Source of the DNA: Octopus vulgaris
Taxonomy: Eukaryota
Length of the DNA: 64,000 bases
Direction: 5' to 3'
Assembly (NCBI GenBank): GCA_951406725.2
Contig: OX597815.1
Span: forward strand, 79,732,001 to 79,796,000
Made by a program: the position numbers and the translations under genes. Of this stretch, positions 27,545 through 42,847 are shown piece by piece; positions within the stretch are counted from its first letter, which is position 1; each line of letters starts with the position of its first letter. The notes under the pieces are model-generated. The model did not search any database. It was given only the letters and a program-made list of their open reading frames with translations, and had not been told where the DNA came from.

Positions 27545-27925
27545 ATCTCAAATCCCTTTTTACAACGCCATCATGATCATGAGCAAAGTAGTGGTGAGGA
27601 GGGGCATCATAGCCATGCGTTGAGAGGAATTCTTTGGCGTTTGAATAGTTCACCGCTGGAAGCATGGGTGTTTCGTTCAACATCCTTAAACAACCCTTAT
27701 TCAGGGACCTTTTGAGCGGGATGGGCTACTCGATCTGAAGAAAATTCTAATTGGGCCCTACCTGCAAGGTCATGCGCTGTTTATCTTGATATGAAATCAC
27801 CATGTCGCTCACATATGATTGTGATGCATGAGCCATGCATCGGACAGGTAGTCATGATGGGTATACTGTAGTTCGTATATTTATACCGCAGTGTCACTTT
27901 GATAGCATGCACTGCTGTCTCACTC

Positions 27926-27989
<64 letters not shown>

Positions 27990-27990
27990 T
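27545..27990 (+). mobile_element. Probable retroelement 3' end followed by (TAA)n
   Basis: GC-richer block ending directly in a long (TAA)n run. Confidence 0.4.
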
Positions 27991-28119
27991 GTAGAAGAAG
28001 AAGAAGAAGAAGAAGAAGAAGAAGAAGAAGAAGGAGAGGAAGAAAAAGAACAATAGAACAATAATAATAAGGAAATACAAAGGTTGTGGTCAATGAAGAG
28101 AGTAGACGTGATACAAATA

Positions 28120-28178
<59 letters not shown>

Positions 28179-28269
28179 TATGTGTATATAAGTGTTTGTG
28201 TATGTATATATATTAAATTGTGCGTGTATCTTGTTTCTATATATATTTATATTTTTCATTGTACTTTAT

Positions 28270-28397
28270 AATCTCTGACGAGGCCTAGGGATGCATGTGA
28301 GTACCTCATTTTCAAATGCCTACCACCTCAATACACTTGACTTATATAGGCACAATGAGTTACTATTATCGCAAGGCTGAAACAGCTGTAAGTGATT
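28270..28397 (+). ncRNA. Type I hammerhead with greatly extended stem II
   Basis: CTGACGA-GGCCT..(~87 nt with CTCATT/AATGAG and TGCCTA/TAGGCA nested stems)..AGGCT-GAAA-CAGCTG-TA; imperfect stem I AATCT/AGTGATT. Confidence 0.75.
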
Positions 28398-28759
28398 TTA
28401 ATCATTTATATTAATGTTTTATAATAACTACTTGTATTCTTATCTTATATGCATTGAATTATATAGGATATATATGTATGTTATTATGGTTGTTTTGATA
28501 AATAAATAGGTCAGCATTTGAACCAACTAATGTGCTTCTCCATTTTCTTATTTGTAATATAAATTAATGGTAAAATATTTCTTTACCTTCACCCATTTAA
28601 TACAATAAGTAAGTAAAAACACCTGTGTATTAATAATCGAGTATTATACCAACCTATATTGAATAAGCATTATCCCTTAGTGGGTTGGATCCACGACCCT
28701 AATTTACTTGGTGTTACATAATTATATATATATACATACATACATATATATATATAAAC

Positions 28760-28836
<77 letters not shown>

Positions 28837-29112
28837 TATATACATACATACATACATACATACATATATTGACAGATAGAAAGAGAGAAATATATAGGTA
28901 TGTATGTAGGTAGAGAGAGAGGGGGAGAGAGAGAGAGTGGAGGTAAGGGCATACGGATAATGAAGTTGGAGTAATGAGGCTGGTATTGTGAGTTGGGAAA
29001 AGGTAATGGAAATGATTTGTTGGTATATAGAGAACAGAGAATAATATATGCTTGAAAAAATGGTTGAGAAGTTGAAGAAATATCTCAGCCTTATAGATAT
29101 CGGCTCTACACG

Positions 29113-29338
29113 GAGAACTGGCAGAATCGTTAGCACGCCGGGCGAAATGCTTAGCGGTATTTCGTTTGCCGCTTAGTTCTGAGTTCAAATTCCGCTGAGG
29201 AAAACTTTGCCTTTCATCCTTTCGGGGTCGATGAAATAAGTACCTGTTACGCACTGGGGTCGATATAATCGACTTAATCCATTTGTCTGTCCTTGTTCGT
29301 CCCCTCTGTGTTTAGCCCCTTGTGGGTAGTAAAGAAAT
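29113..29338 (+). mobile_element. SINE family A with 37-bp TSD
   Basis: 29076-29112 versus 29339-29375, 2 mismatches. Confidence 0.85.
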
Positions 29339-30702
29339 AGAAATATCTCAGCCTTTTAGATATCCGCTCTACACGATGACGATGTGGACCCGGAGCCGAA
29401 TGATATTAAGGCATTGAGGATTCTTCCGCAAGTCGAAATGCTCCACTGCATGCTAGCAAACACTCAAGTCTATACAACTAGTAAACTGGAAAGGGCCAGA
29501 TGGTCAGTGAGATGGTCGGTGGCTCAGGTCCATGAGGAAATTCTGGTTATTTGATGCTGGTTACTTGATGCATCATGTGCTCCGATATTTACCATCTGCT
29601 ATCGAGGACTCCTATGACTCTCTGTCGCCATCCAATTCCAGTATTATGAATTTGAATCGGGAGCTTGAGTCATAGTGAGCTTTCATTAGCTGATTACACT
29701 AGCATGGTGAAGTGTGACGAGATAGCAGAAGAGCTCAACTGAGCCAGTGGTGCTTCTGACACTGATGCTGTGCTCAATATTAATTTCCATTAAAATCAAA
29801 GCTATACCAACATAAAACCACATAGTTGTCAGCACTATTGCGGCACTATAATCTGTAAGATCCATCATCACAAAATCGACCACCACCAATAAAACAACTC
29901 AGAAATCAACTATTACGCAGTTACTATAACGGGGGAATCAACAGCTTCGAGGTACTCTCGAACTCGAAAGGGGTGAAAAGGGCCGCTCCTCTCCCGATCG
30001 AAGCATGGCGATGCAACGAATGCGCGGTGATAAATGAACTACTTTTGGTAAGCAGAATACGGCAAATACCACAGTTACCTCAGTTGCCATCACCGCTTGT
30101 ACAACACGACCACCATCTCTAACACCACAAACTCAACAACAAGTACCACAATCATCGTTATTACCGCCACAAAAAACAATTAGCGCATCCTCAACTTAGA
30201 AAACCAACATGAGAAAATACACGATTGACACCATCAGTAAAAGCACATTGACAGTGACGTCGACTATGATCCGGGTCTCGACCACCACTATGACCACAAT
30301 CACGACAACAACCGTAGCCACCGCCGCCGTCGCCAGCATCAGCAGAAGCAACATTATCATCACTAATACTAGCAGCACGCCAAAGCTGAAATAATAAGTT
30401 GCTTACGCCGTCTTTAATACTCGCGCAATTTTCCATGTCCTAAGCTGTACAAAAGGAACAAAGGACTATTGTTTCAATACTGCAACAAAGCTGAAATATA
30501 ATGTCGGTAGAAAAATGAACAATCTGTGTCCACACGATAATTTTCATGGTGTTCCAACACAAAAGGACAACTTCCAATAGACCGACGCTTTTGTCCAATA
30601 TAAACTACTCTTAAAAGATGCCCCGCCACATTTTCCACCTACGTTAGCATACAAACACTTTAGACAGATACATTCGTACCCACACAACAACATCCATGAA
30701 CG

Positions 30703-30896
<194 letters not shown>

Positions 30897-30999
30897 CCGT
30901 CCGTCCGTCCGTCCGTCCCTCTGTCTGTCCACCCACCGTCCACCTGCCCGCCCGTCCGTCTGTCTGTATGTCTATCTCTCCTCTCTCTCTCTCCTTCCC

Positions 31000-31056
<57 letters not shown>

Positions 31057-31324
31057 TCCACTGATTTAAAATACAAATACGTTCCCAACATACACTTATA
31101 TAATCAATAAAAATCCGCCTCTCTTTTTAATTATCTTTGTGTTATAGATGTGAACATACACACGTATGTATGCATGTATGTATGTATGTATGTATGTATG
31201 TATGTATGTATGTATGTATGTATGTATGTATGTATGTATGTATGTATGTATGTATTGTATGTATGCGTGCATGCATGCATGCATATATGCACGTATACAC
31301 ACAAACATAGATAGGCATATATAT

Positions 31325-31496
31325 AGGCGCAGGAGTGGCTGTGTGGTAAGTAGCTTGCTAACCAACCACATGGTTCCGGATTCAGGCCCACTGCGTGGAA
31401 TCTTGGGCAAGTGTCTTTTGCTATAGCCCCGGGCCGACCAATGCCTTGTGAGTGGATTTGGTTGACGGAAACTGAAAGAAGCCCGTCGTATATATG

Positions 31497-31527
<31 letters not shown>

Positions 31528-31740
31528 CTGTGTGTCTGTGTGTCTGTGTTTGTCCCCCTAGCATTGCTTGACAACCGATGCTGGTGTGTTGACGTCCCCG
31601 TCACTTAGCGGTTCGACAAAAAGAGACCGATAGAATAAGTACTGGGCTTACAAAGAATAAGTCCCGGGGTCGATTTGCTCGACTAAAGGCGGTGCTCCAG
31701 CATGGCCGCAGTCAAATGACTGAAACAAGTAAAAGAGTAA
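31325..31740 (+). mobile_element. SINE family B reference copy (tRNA head, CORE-like cttgggcaagtgtctt, internal TA/TG microsatellite, LINE-like tail)
   Basis: A-box tggctgtgtgg, B-box-like gattcaggccc, tail cagtcaaatgactgaaacaagtaaaag. Confidence 0.9.
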
Positions 31741-31742
31741 AG

Positions 31743-31797
<55 letters not shown>

Positions 31798-32006
31798 GTA
31801 CATGTGTATGTGTGTATAAGCGAGTGTATCTTGTACCTGTACATTTATGATATCAGTCTCAATTCGGGTTTGTTTACATTTCTGTGCCTTTTGGCAAATT
31901 AGTGATTGATGAAAAAGGGAGTCAAACTGAAATATGTCCCGACATGGCCGTATTTCAATGATTGGGACAAGAGTATAATGAGCATTCATGTCTTTAAAGA
32001 GATCTC

Positions 32007-32201
<195 letters not shown>

Positions 32202-32293
32202 GTCTGTCTGTCTGTCTGTCTGTCTATTTATCTATCTATCTATCTATCTATATGCGAATACAAAATAAACTGTCGGTTAAATATACCTGAGCG

Positions 32294-32333
<40 letters not shown>

Positions 32334-32570
32334 ACAAAACACGCACATACACCACACACACACACACACACACAAACAAGACACACGCACACACCTCGAA
32401 CGATAGCACAATAGCAAATGAAAAGAAAATATTTAAAGGCAAGAAATACATTTAAACCAATAATATGCCGACCATGAGTCACTATACCTACCTACCTACC
32501 TACCTACCTACCTACCTACCTACCTACCTACCTACCTACATACATACATAACTACCTACCTTCCTACTTA

Positions 32571-32672
<102 letters not shown>

Positions 32673-32798
32673 TGCGTGTGTGTGTAAGATCCAGGGACGA
32701 ATGTGTAGGAAGAAAGCTACAAGCAATCCATAGTAAATATAAGAAAACAACTTTTAGGGACAATAGTGGTGTAACTCTTGTGTATATATATGTGTGTA

Positions 32799-32869
<71 letters not shown>

Positions 32870-33416
32870 CTCTGTGTGTGTGTGTGTGTGTATGCTTTTA
32901 TTTATGCTTGTATGTATGTATGTACATATGTATATATCAGGACGTGCCAATGTGATTACTCAGGGTAGGCAGTTGGTGACCTTTATTTAGTAAAACACAC
33001 AAAAAATAAGCGAAACTCAGGCGCGCGACTGAGTTGAAGGCAGATTTACTTCTACCTTTATGGCACGTAAAGAAAACGGTGTTGTAGGTGTGTATGCAGC
33101 ACGCGTATTACAGCAGTGCTATGCGCGGCTTAAATACTGAGATTGAAAGGCAGGGACGAAATATGACTACCTAATCTACAAAACAATAAAATATCAGAGT
33201 AACCATCATAATTTTATTGAATTAGGTGCATACTTTGCCATAAAAGGAAAATGTTGCTATCGATCTATTTTATTCAAGGTAGGCACTGCCTACCTTGCCT
33301 AACAAGGCAGCATGTCCCTGATATATATATATATATATATATACATACATATATAAATGTGACCGTGTGTGTACCGTTGGCGAGTTTTTTCCCTTCTCTG
33401 GATCTTTCCTTCTCCT

Positions 33417-33455
33417 ATGTTTCCGACGAAGAGCTCCACTCGAAACGTTAAACAT
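33417..33455 (+). ncRNA. Minimal hammerhead motif (U4C variant) in TA-flanked insert 33360-33543
   Basis: ATGTTT-CCGACGA-A-GAG CTCCA CTC-GAAA-CG-TT-AAACAT; perfect 6-bp stem I. Confidence 0.75.
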
Positions 33456-33538
33456 TCCTTCTTTCCTGAGCGTCCAATAATACTATATTTGTTCCACGTC
33501 CTCGCGTTGTTGTGCTTTTTTGTGCTTTTTTGCTTGGA

Positions 33539-33632
<94 letters not shown>

Positions 33633-33876
33633 TCATATATGTATGTGTTTGTGTAAGTGTGATGGCGTATTGATACTGCACTGTCGAGAATATCCTGCGA
33701 TCCTCAATATTTACTCAATTTCATCCGTAACTTTAGTTATATATGCACGTTTTGATCAGTGCAAACACACACATACACACTCATACACCCATGCGCACAC
33801 GTACACACATATAAGTTTAGCTATGTATGGATGTGATTTTATAAGCGTGTTAGTGTGTGTGTGTGTATATGTGTAA

Positions 33877-33955
<79 letters not shown>

Positions 33956-34196
33956 CATACAGAGATAGCCATATCCCCTTATATACGTAATCACAGATGT
34001 GAATATGCCTATGTGCGTCTTTGTGTTTCTGCGTGACGGTTTTCCTGTATTGTATATTAGGTGATCAGGAGTGGTTATAACATCGTCAGGGATATTTGTC
34101 TTGTCTTTGTTGCTTCACTTGAGATAGCTGTCAGGGTAGGTTTTTCAGGTTTTATTACTATTGTGTGCACGTTATTTCAAAAATATTTTTTACTTC

Positions 34197-34248
<52 letters not shown>

Positions 34249-34489
34249 TGTTAGGGTGTTCATGTGCGAGAAAAGGTGTATGTACGCATGTTTGTGTACG
34301 TGTTTGTGTGTTTATGTTCTTGAACAGCTGTTGGATGTGTGAGTGTGAAACAGAAGAAACAATGCGTACCTGAAATTAGAAACACACACACACACACACG
34401 CATACATATACACACGTGTTGTAAAGTTATATATAAATAAATATAAATAAAGAGATGTATATATGTATATACAAGTATATACATACATG

Positions 34490-34559
<70 letters not shown>

Positions 34560-34686
34560 ATATGAGTAATGTAAAATTAAGTGAAGGAAGAGCAATAAAG
34601 GACAATAGAAAGAGAGAGAAAGAGAGAGAGACTAAGAGAGAGAGAGAGAGAAAGATATATATATAATATAAATAATATACATATGC

Positions 34687-34717
<31 letters not shown>

Positions 34718-34910
34718 TACTTACATATATATGTATATACATATGTATATATGGGTACATGACGTCATAAAACATGAACAACATGAAATACGAAAACAAC
34801 ATGAAATGCGAAACATGAAAACATGGAATACGAACATTTTTTGCGAACAACGGAAGAAACAATTTGAAAACAAGACAAGTAACATAAAGAACGACCCTTC
34901 ATCAGTTGTT

Positions 34911-35209
34911 AAAGGAGCAATATCTGGTGAATATGGAGAGTGTGGTAACACATCCAGCCGAGCTGCAGCAATTTTTGTCTGGTTCCCAAAGCATCAAGTG
35001 CCGAAAATGAACTTTCTTATCTTCCATTGTAAAGGGTTACAGAATTAACACAGGTTATAGGAACATAAACCTTCTTCCACGAAAAGATAGCTTAATCTGT
35101 GCTCTAAATGGAGGTGTAGTCAAATCCTATTTTATGGACTCAACCATGTTCTAAAATAAGTCGAAAGTTAAGCTACTATAAATCGGCACGAACTTTCCGG
35201 ACAACCCAA
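34911..35209 (-). mobile_element. Mariner deletion derivative
   Basis: LPHSPYSPDIAP peptide; TIR ttgggttgtccggaaagttcgtgccgatt next to TA. Confidence 0.75.
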
Positions 35210-35989
35210 TATATATATATATATATCCATGGAGACTTTTATATCCCAAGTAACTTTCGCAGAATTCCTATTACTTTTGCCAAAACAGAAAGATGATGTG
35301 GGAGTTAAAAGTACTGTAATCAAATTTCTGGGTCAAAGTCTCCTTTTTTCACACCCTTAAACTCAGCTATTGCCTTTATCAGTCTCGTGATTTCATTAAT
35401 CACTAACGACACTCCAGCTATCTCACGCCCGGCATCAAGAACATCTGCTTCTCATCATTCCTCTCTGAAATCATCGACGTCGGAGAGTTCAGTCTTTACA
35501 ACTCTTTTAGGCGCTCTCATCATCGCAACACCTGTAAGACAGTCTGTCATCCGAAAATTATGTCTGTAAACTCTTTCCAAAAAATAAACCACACCTAAAA
35601 TAAATAAATAAATAAACTGTAGGTTTCCCTTTTACATCATTGCCAAAAATGTTCCCTTCAAGATTATGAAATTCTCCTATACAATATTCTTAACCATAAT
35701 GCTTTAGTAAACAACATTTTTTGGAGAAGGCTTCCATGTTCACCGCTTGATGTGTATCGAATACCACACTTCACACACTTGATAAATTCCCTACCAAACT
35801 ATTTCTATTTTCCCAAACTCTGCACCATGTAAACATACACTATCAATGTTAAAACAACCTCGATGCGATCATTAGACTTGTTTGAAATAGCAGCTAAATC
35901 CCCCTCAAATCCATCTTATCATTAGATAAAAAAAGGTATAGATTAGACAATGCATACTGTGATATAAAATAAAAATAAATGCGATATTT

Positions 35990-36226
35990 TAAAGCATAGG
36001 CAGGCTCATGGGCCCGGTTTTCCGGTTTCTATGGCGTATGTGTTCCCCAGCTGGACGGGACGCCAGTCCGTCGCAGCGTTACTCATTTTTGCCAGCTGAG
36101 TGGACTGGAGCAACGTGAAATGAAGTGTTTTGCTCAAGAACACAACGCGTTACTCGGTCCAGGAATCGAAGCCACAATCTTACGATCATGATGCTGACAC
36201 CCTAACCACTAAGTCACGCGCCTACA
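35990..36226 (-). mobile_element. SINE family C (tail variant 2)
   Basis: Shared head and core; distinct ctggacgggacgccagtccgtcgcag segment. Confidence 0.8.
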
Positions 36227-37029
36227 CATACTGTGATATACATATTCATAAAAGTTCTGTTTAATTAGATGTGACCCAGTAAAAATGACAATAAAAGCAG
36301 TAGCACTTCCACATACATCAGTCCAACGACACCATTAGTGTAGAAAGTGTCCCTGCCATTACTTTCATACAATATGCGCCAGAATTATTCTCGTTGCACA
36401 TCAAACTCCCCAGCCTTTCTTCTTTCTTCCTATACTAGAATTTCCCCTGATCTTTTAAAATATGTCACAGAGAGTTCCATTCCAAAGGTAGGCAGTATTT
36501 CTGACCTTGTAATATTTCTAATCTTGCAAAATTTTTAACATTGCAATTTTCCTTGTAATAGTACATTATTTCAAAAGTGGTGGCAATAGCTTTAACCAAC
36601 AGTTCTCCAACACCTTTTGTAACTCTCCTTCCTCCCTACCCTTTGGTACAGCCAAATCTACAGGGCACATGTTCTACTTTGTCACTCACCAATGGTGAAG
36701 CAGCTTCGTAATTTTCATGGAAAATAATACGCAGCACTGGGGTGTTACCATCCATTTCTCGCTTCTTGGATCAAAAGCTTCTTGTAGAGTCGTATCATCG
36801 CAGCATCAACTAATGGTGCTCTCTCTGAATCACTTTCAATATACTTCGTTGTGTCCCACATCATTTTATGCCACAAATGTGATGAGACGAGAAGTAAAGT
36901 TGATCTAAGCAAGCTTTGAGCACTGAATACTAATTTTAAGCGGAAAACAGTTTATTCAGGGCCACAACGAAACGACTGCAAATGATTTCAAAGCAAAACC
37001 CATCTGATGGGTCTTGCCTCCGCTAATTG

Positions 37030-37083
<54 letters not shown>

Positions 37084-37433
37084 AGAGGAAGGAAGTGATG
37101 AGTGGAGATAGAGAAAGAGATAAAGTCTGTGTGTTCGTTTGTGTGTGTGTGTGTCTATACACACACACACACACATATATATATACATATATATGTGTGT
37201 ATGTGTGTGTATGTGCGCGCGCGCGCGTATATGGATACAAATCTTTACATACTACACATGCGTGCGCACACGCATAATATTTATTTAATATATCTGTTTT
37301 TTTCTTTTTATTTGTTTTTCCGTCCTCCATTGTTTACATTATGTTCTAATTTCGATATTTTTGTATGAATTTATCGAGCACTTTCGTAAACTGATTCATG
37401 AAACCACATTTTAATGTGTATGTGTGTGTGTGT

Positions 37434-37472
<39 letters not shown>

Positions 37473-39837
37473 ATGTATGTATGTATGCTTGCGTATGTAT
37501 GTATGTGTGTATGTATGCATGTATGCATGATTATAAAGTGTTGGAAAGAGAAAGAGAGAGCAAATGAGAGAACAGAGAAGAAACACATAATCTGATGTTC
37601 ATTATTTAGACTATTTCAGAGATATATGTGTAATCTGTAGAAGCTTTCGGTTTGCTGATATGATGTTTTATGATGTTATTTTTCCATTTCTTGGCATTAC
37701 AGACAAGTGGTGGCATAATTATCGGATATTCTGCTTTTGTAATATTCAATATTCATACAGTGACAAGTTTCCAGTGAAGTAAATACGCAAGATATAATAA
37801 CATTCTTCCGCTCTTGATAAGCTGTTTTTGATTGCTTTATTTTTGGTGAATATATGTCATTTTTATTTCTTTTACTGAGGTTAATGTTGTTTTTAGTGGA
37901 AATTCTGATTAGAGCTTAACCATTATTGGCAGAATTGGTTCAGATTCGGATAAAATGCATTGCAGACATTTAGTTATGTCTGTTTACATTGAAAGCAGAC
38001 CGATATCGTTACAGCAAAGCACGATGTGGTCACGTCTAAGTCAAATTTACCTTTCTTATTTTCAGGCTTAATAAAATTAGTACGATTTGAGGTCGATATA
38101 ATTGACTTTAATAGACTCTTCCACTCAAACAAAACTGTTGTGTTGTACAAATGATAGAAATCATAATAAATTTTATCTTTTTACAAATTATTGATTTTTA
38201 CTTTACTCTTTCATCAACATTAGTTGTCGACAGCACGGCCGCAGGTTCATTCCCATTGCATCTTCCTTAATCATCTGCTCTTCAAGGTTGACTTAAAGAT
38301 ATTTCCCAAGTAAGTGAATGAGATCATTTCATTTCCTAAAAGAGTAAAGGTGTGCAGCAGTGATATTGGAATAAAGTTAGTCATATAAGATGGGAATTTA
38401 GACGTGAAAACAATGAAGAGGTTTCATTTAATGGAATGGTTTTGACGGAAGAACGTATTTGAGAACCCGATAACAATGGCTACAAGTATCAAGGCATATA
38501 AGAATTCGATGATATGTCCAAGGAAATAAGGAAACACTAACAGCAATATATTTGAAAATTTTTTTTTGAAAACTCCAAGCTTAATTTAAAAAATTTAATA
38601 AATGCGTTCAGCTCCTTTAGGATCACCGTTCTGCGTTGTAGTGCTGGAATAGTGAATTGAGCGACGTATGAAATAGTTGCATTGGACAGAAAGGAGGGGA
38701 AAATCCTAACCTTGCACTGAGTGCTTCATCCGGAGACAATTGTATCAGTTATTTATACATGAAATAGAAGATGAGAGAGGGAGAGAAAGAGAGAGAGGGG
38801 GAGAGAATGAATGAGAGAGGTAGAGAATGAGTGAGAGAGGGAGAGATAGAGAGAAAGAAAAGGAGAGAGAGAGAGAGAGAAGAGAGAATGGGAGAGAGAG
38901 AAAGAGAGAGAGGAAGAGAATGAGAGAGAGAGAGTGAGCGGAAGAGATAGAAGGGGAGAGAGGAAGAGAATGAGAGAGAGAGAGAGTGAGCGGAAGAGAT
39001 AGAAGGGAGAGAGAGAGAATGAGAGAGAGATGGAGAGAAAGTGAAAGAGAGAGGGAGAGAGAGAAGGAAAGAAGGGGAGAGAGAGAGAGAGGGAGAAAGA
39101 GCGAGATAGGGAGAGAGAGAGAGAAAGAAAGAGAAGTGTAGACAGTCATGCAGACAGATAGGCAGATATATGAAAAAAGACTTGTTAGCACTTTCGACTG
39201 TGTAAATGGAGAGTAAATTTCAATAACCGACTTCTTTGGAAAAGTGAAGAAACACTTGAATATGCTGTCATTAAATATACTGGTGTTGAACTTGAAGCAA
39301 AACTTGTATTCCAAAGTAGGATAATATGCGAAAAGGAAGAAGCGATAGAGGAGTTGCAGATACATGGACAGTTCCACGGGAACCAAGAATACTAAAATGC
39401 TAACTTCTTATGAGAGTGACTTCAGAGAAGAGACTTAAAGAGAGAAAGTGAGCTCGTCGGTTACTGTTCAAAATCAAACACTAAGCATTAATTCAGTGAT
39501 TAAGGGTGTTTATTTTACTGCTTCAGCGTATAAATGCCACTTACGTAATCTGTGATAAGAAAATATTGATTACATTGCAGCAGCTTGTACAACATTAGTT
39601 TAGAAAGAATACAGCTTGATAAAGTCTTTCTGTGTGCTTGCACTAGCAATTAAAAAAGAATTCGAACGTAACACTTCAGAAAAGTGGTGCGAACTTGTAC
39701 AAGAAAAGGTGCTATAATAACCTAATAAAGCAAAGATTCTGTAGGACAGTGATGTCCAAACAGAATGATCGAACACCGATAGACACCAGATAACATATAA
39801 CATGGAAAAAAGAAAGGACGACTCAGATGTTGCAACA

Positions 39838-40126
39838 GTGCTGTCTTAAGGCATAGGCATACTGAACAGTTGCCCATGGCCTCGCGGATCTAAGGGTCCA
39901 ATTCTGATCTATGTATGTTGTGGCTAGTTCTTTTACTTGTTTCAGTCATTTGACTGTAGCCATGCTGGAGTACCGACTTAAGTTGAGCAAATGAACCCTC
40001 AGGACTTATTCTTTGTAAGCCTAGTACTTATTCTATCGGTCTCTTTTGCCGAACCGCTAAGTTACAGGGACATAAACATACCAGCATCGGTTGTCAAGCG
40101 ATGTTAGGGGGGCAAACACAGACACA

Positions 40127-40161
<35 letters not shown>

Positions 40162-40400
40162 GCGCATACATACGTACGACAGGCTTCTTTCAGTTTCCGT
40201 CTACCAAATCCACTCACAAGGCTTTGGTCGGACCGAGGCAACAGTAGAAGACACTTGCCCTGGCTGCCACGCACTGGGGCTGAACCCGGAACCATGTGGT
40301 TCGTAAGCAAGCTACTTACTACACAGTCACTCCTACGCCTATGTCAATAAATAAATACTTTAGGGCTCAGTGCATCGATTTGTCCGGGAGCCTATAATGC
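39838..40400. mobile_element. hAT-like MITE remnant interrupted by a minus-strand SINE B (39928-40340)
   Basis: cagtgctgtcttaaggcataggc..ttgcccatggcc on the left and gggctc..tttgtccgggagcctataatgc on the right of the SINE. Confidence 0.55.
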
Positions 40401-41652
40401 AATTCCTTCATACAAAAGCATTGCAATTAAGAAGTATCTCAAAATATACACAATTAAATGTGGAAATATCAAAGATGCAGGGGTGTTTAGCTGAAGAAAC
40501 ATAAGTCTTGCCAGTTATCGAGATTATTGGCTTCATTCCCGAAACATAACCTCCACCACCAAAAACAAAAAAACAAAAGAAAAACAACAAAAAACACCCC
40601 AGCTTTGGTATCAACTGGAATGGTTACATGTGAAGACATAAATGCGAGAACTCCCAAATGCTTCTTTCCTTAGAACCGCTCATCTTCTTCGAAAAGTACT
40701 TTCTACCTTCCTCCCATTTTTTAAGAGATAAAGATAGACGGAAAATCAAATGTGATACAACCACACTGTGCGAACTAATAATAGTTTTACGTGTTGATCA
40801 AGCAGTTTTTTAAGGGCGGGAGGTTAGTCAATTACCTCTATTCCAATGCTCAACTGGTACTTATTTTATCGACCTTAAAGGCAAAGTCGACTTCGGCGGA
40901 ATTTGAACTTAAAACGTAAAGGGCCGGGAGAAATACCGACACTCTAGCGATTCTGACATCTTCTGTCCTGATATAAATAGTAAGGTTGGTGTTTATATAT
41001 TCAAAATTGTGAAACAAGAAATTTCAGTTAATTAATTTGACGCCCATGGTGAGAAGAAAGAATCATTAGCCAGCTTAATGATGTATTCTCATCATGAAGG
41101 CATAGAAGACTACTTCGTAATTACAATTAATGAGAAGTAATTAAAAATACAATGTTGGTAATGCAGAGTGGGGAGCGTGTCAGATGGTGGAATTTTAAGA
41201 TAATGATTCTTCATCATTCAGAATAGATCTAATTTTAACTTTTCTTGGCTTTGTACAATAAGTATGTTAACATAAGCCTTACCATGTGGCTTTCGTGCAG
41301 ACCTGGGTATTTTCCTACAGTGCAGTATTTTTATGATGTGGTGGAGGCAGGCTAGCCTTAGAAATATTTGAAGACATTGAAAACTGGGTGGTAAATTATG
41401 ATGATTTTAAAGCAATAAAACGTGCTCAACATCTTGGAAAGGAAAGAAGAATTATTTAGTTGCCAACTCTATTTTGTTTTTTCTTTAACGAGGGATGGCA
41501 AGGCAGTGAGCTGGTAGAACCGTTAGCTCGTCGGACAAAATGCTTCGCGGCATTTCCTTCGTCATTAGGGAAATAAGTACCTGTTGTTGGGGTCGGTGTA
41601 ATCGGCTTGCACTCTGCCTCAAAAAATTTCAGAAAGGATTATTAAGAAAAGG

Positions 41653-42252
41653 CAAGGCAGCGAGCTGAATGAAGCGTTTGCACGCCTGGTATTTCTCTTT
41701 TTCCCTTTTTTCCTTTTACTTGTTTCAGTCATTTGACTGCGGCCATGCTGGAGCACCACCTTTAGTCGAGCAAATCGACCCCAGGACTTATTCTTTGGGA
41801 GCCTAGTACTTATTCTATCGGTCACTTTTGCCGAACTGCTAAGTTACGGGGACGTAAACTCACCACCATCGGTTTTCAATTAATGTTGGGAGGACAAACA
41901 CAGACACACAAACATATACACACACATACATATATATATATATACATATATACGACGGGCTTCTTTCAGTTTCCGTCTACCAAATCCACTTACAAGGCTT
42001 TGGTCAGCCCGAGGCTATAGTAGAAGACACTTGCCCATGGTGCCACGCAGTGGGAATGAACCCGGAGCCATGTGGTTGGTAAGCAAGCTACTTACCACAC
42101 AGCCACTCCTGCGCGTGTATGTTCTGTTTTCAAATTCCACCGAGGTTGACTCTGCTTTTCATCATTTCGGGGTCGATAAAATACCAGAGAAATACTGGGC
42201 CGATGTAATCAACTTGCCTTTCCCCTTAAAATTGCTGCCGTTGTGCCAAAAC
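41653..42252 (+). mobile_element. SINE family A split by a minus-strand SINE B (about 41696-42115)
   Basis: A head at 41653-41695 resumes at 42116 with gttctg..caaattccaccgaggttgac. Confidence 0.75.
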
Positions 42253-42847
42253 AAGCAATAATTGTTAAGAGAGTGGTATAAAAAAATCCCTTATAGTGGG
42301 GTAGGGTTGGCATTTTTTAGTTTAAGAGCCTCTGTTCTAATTTTCTTTTAAGATACTCCTTTTACTTAACTGCCGTAATCCAATATTTTCCACACATGGC
42401 GCCATATTTTATCGTGTGTCTATATTTTATAGTACAATGTCACAGTGCATATTGACAAACGATAAATAACTAGACATATTGTGTAACTGAAACAATATAA
42501 ATGGGTACTGATTCTGTCATTCCACACCGATATACATATATTCATGGCTAATAACATGTGAATAGACTTTTTCAATAGAATTGAAAACAAACTCCAGCAG
42601 TACTTAGTAAAGATCTCCAATAGAATAAATTAATTCTAAGTAAAGATTATGTATGTATGTATGTATGTATGTATGTATGTATGTATGTATGTATGTATGT
42701 ATGTACGTATGTATGTATGTATGTATGTATGTATGTATGTATGTATGTATGTATGTATGTATGTATGTATCGCTGTATGAATACGTGTGTGTATGTATGC
42801 ATGTATGTACGTGTTTGTGTGCGTGTGTATATATACACACACATATA

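Noticed and set aside
35260-36790. Possible RTE-like LINE relic (also about 23400-23860 and 29376-29640)
   Set aside because: Composition is suggestive, but no diagnostic motif could be read with confidence.
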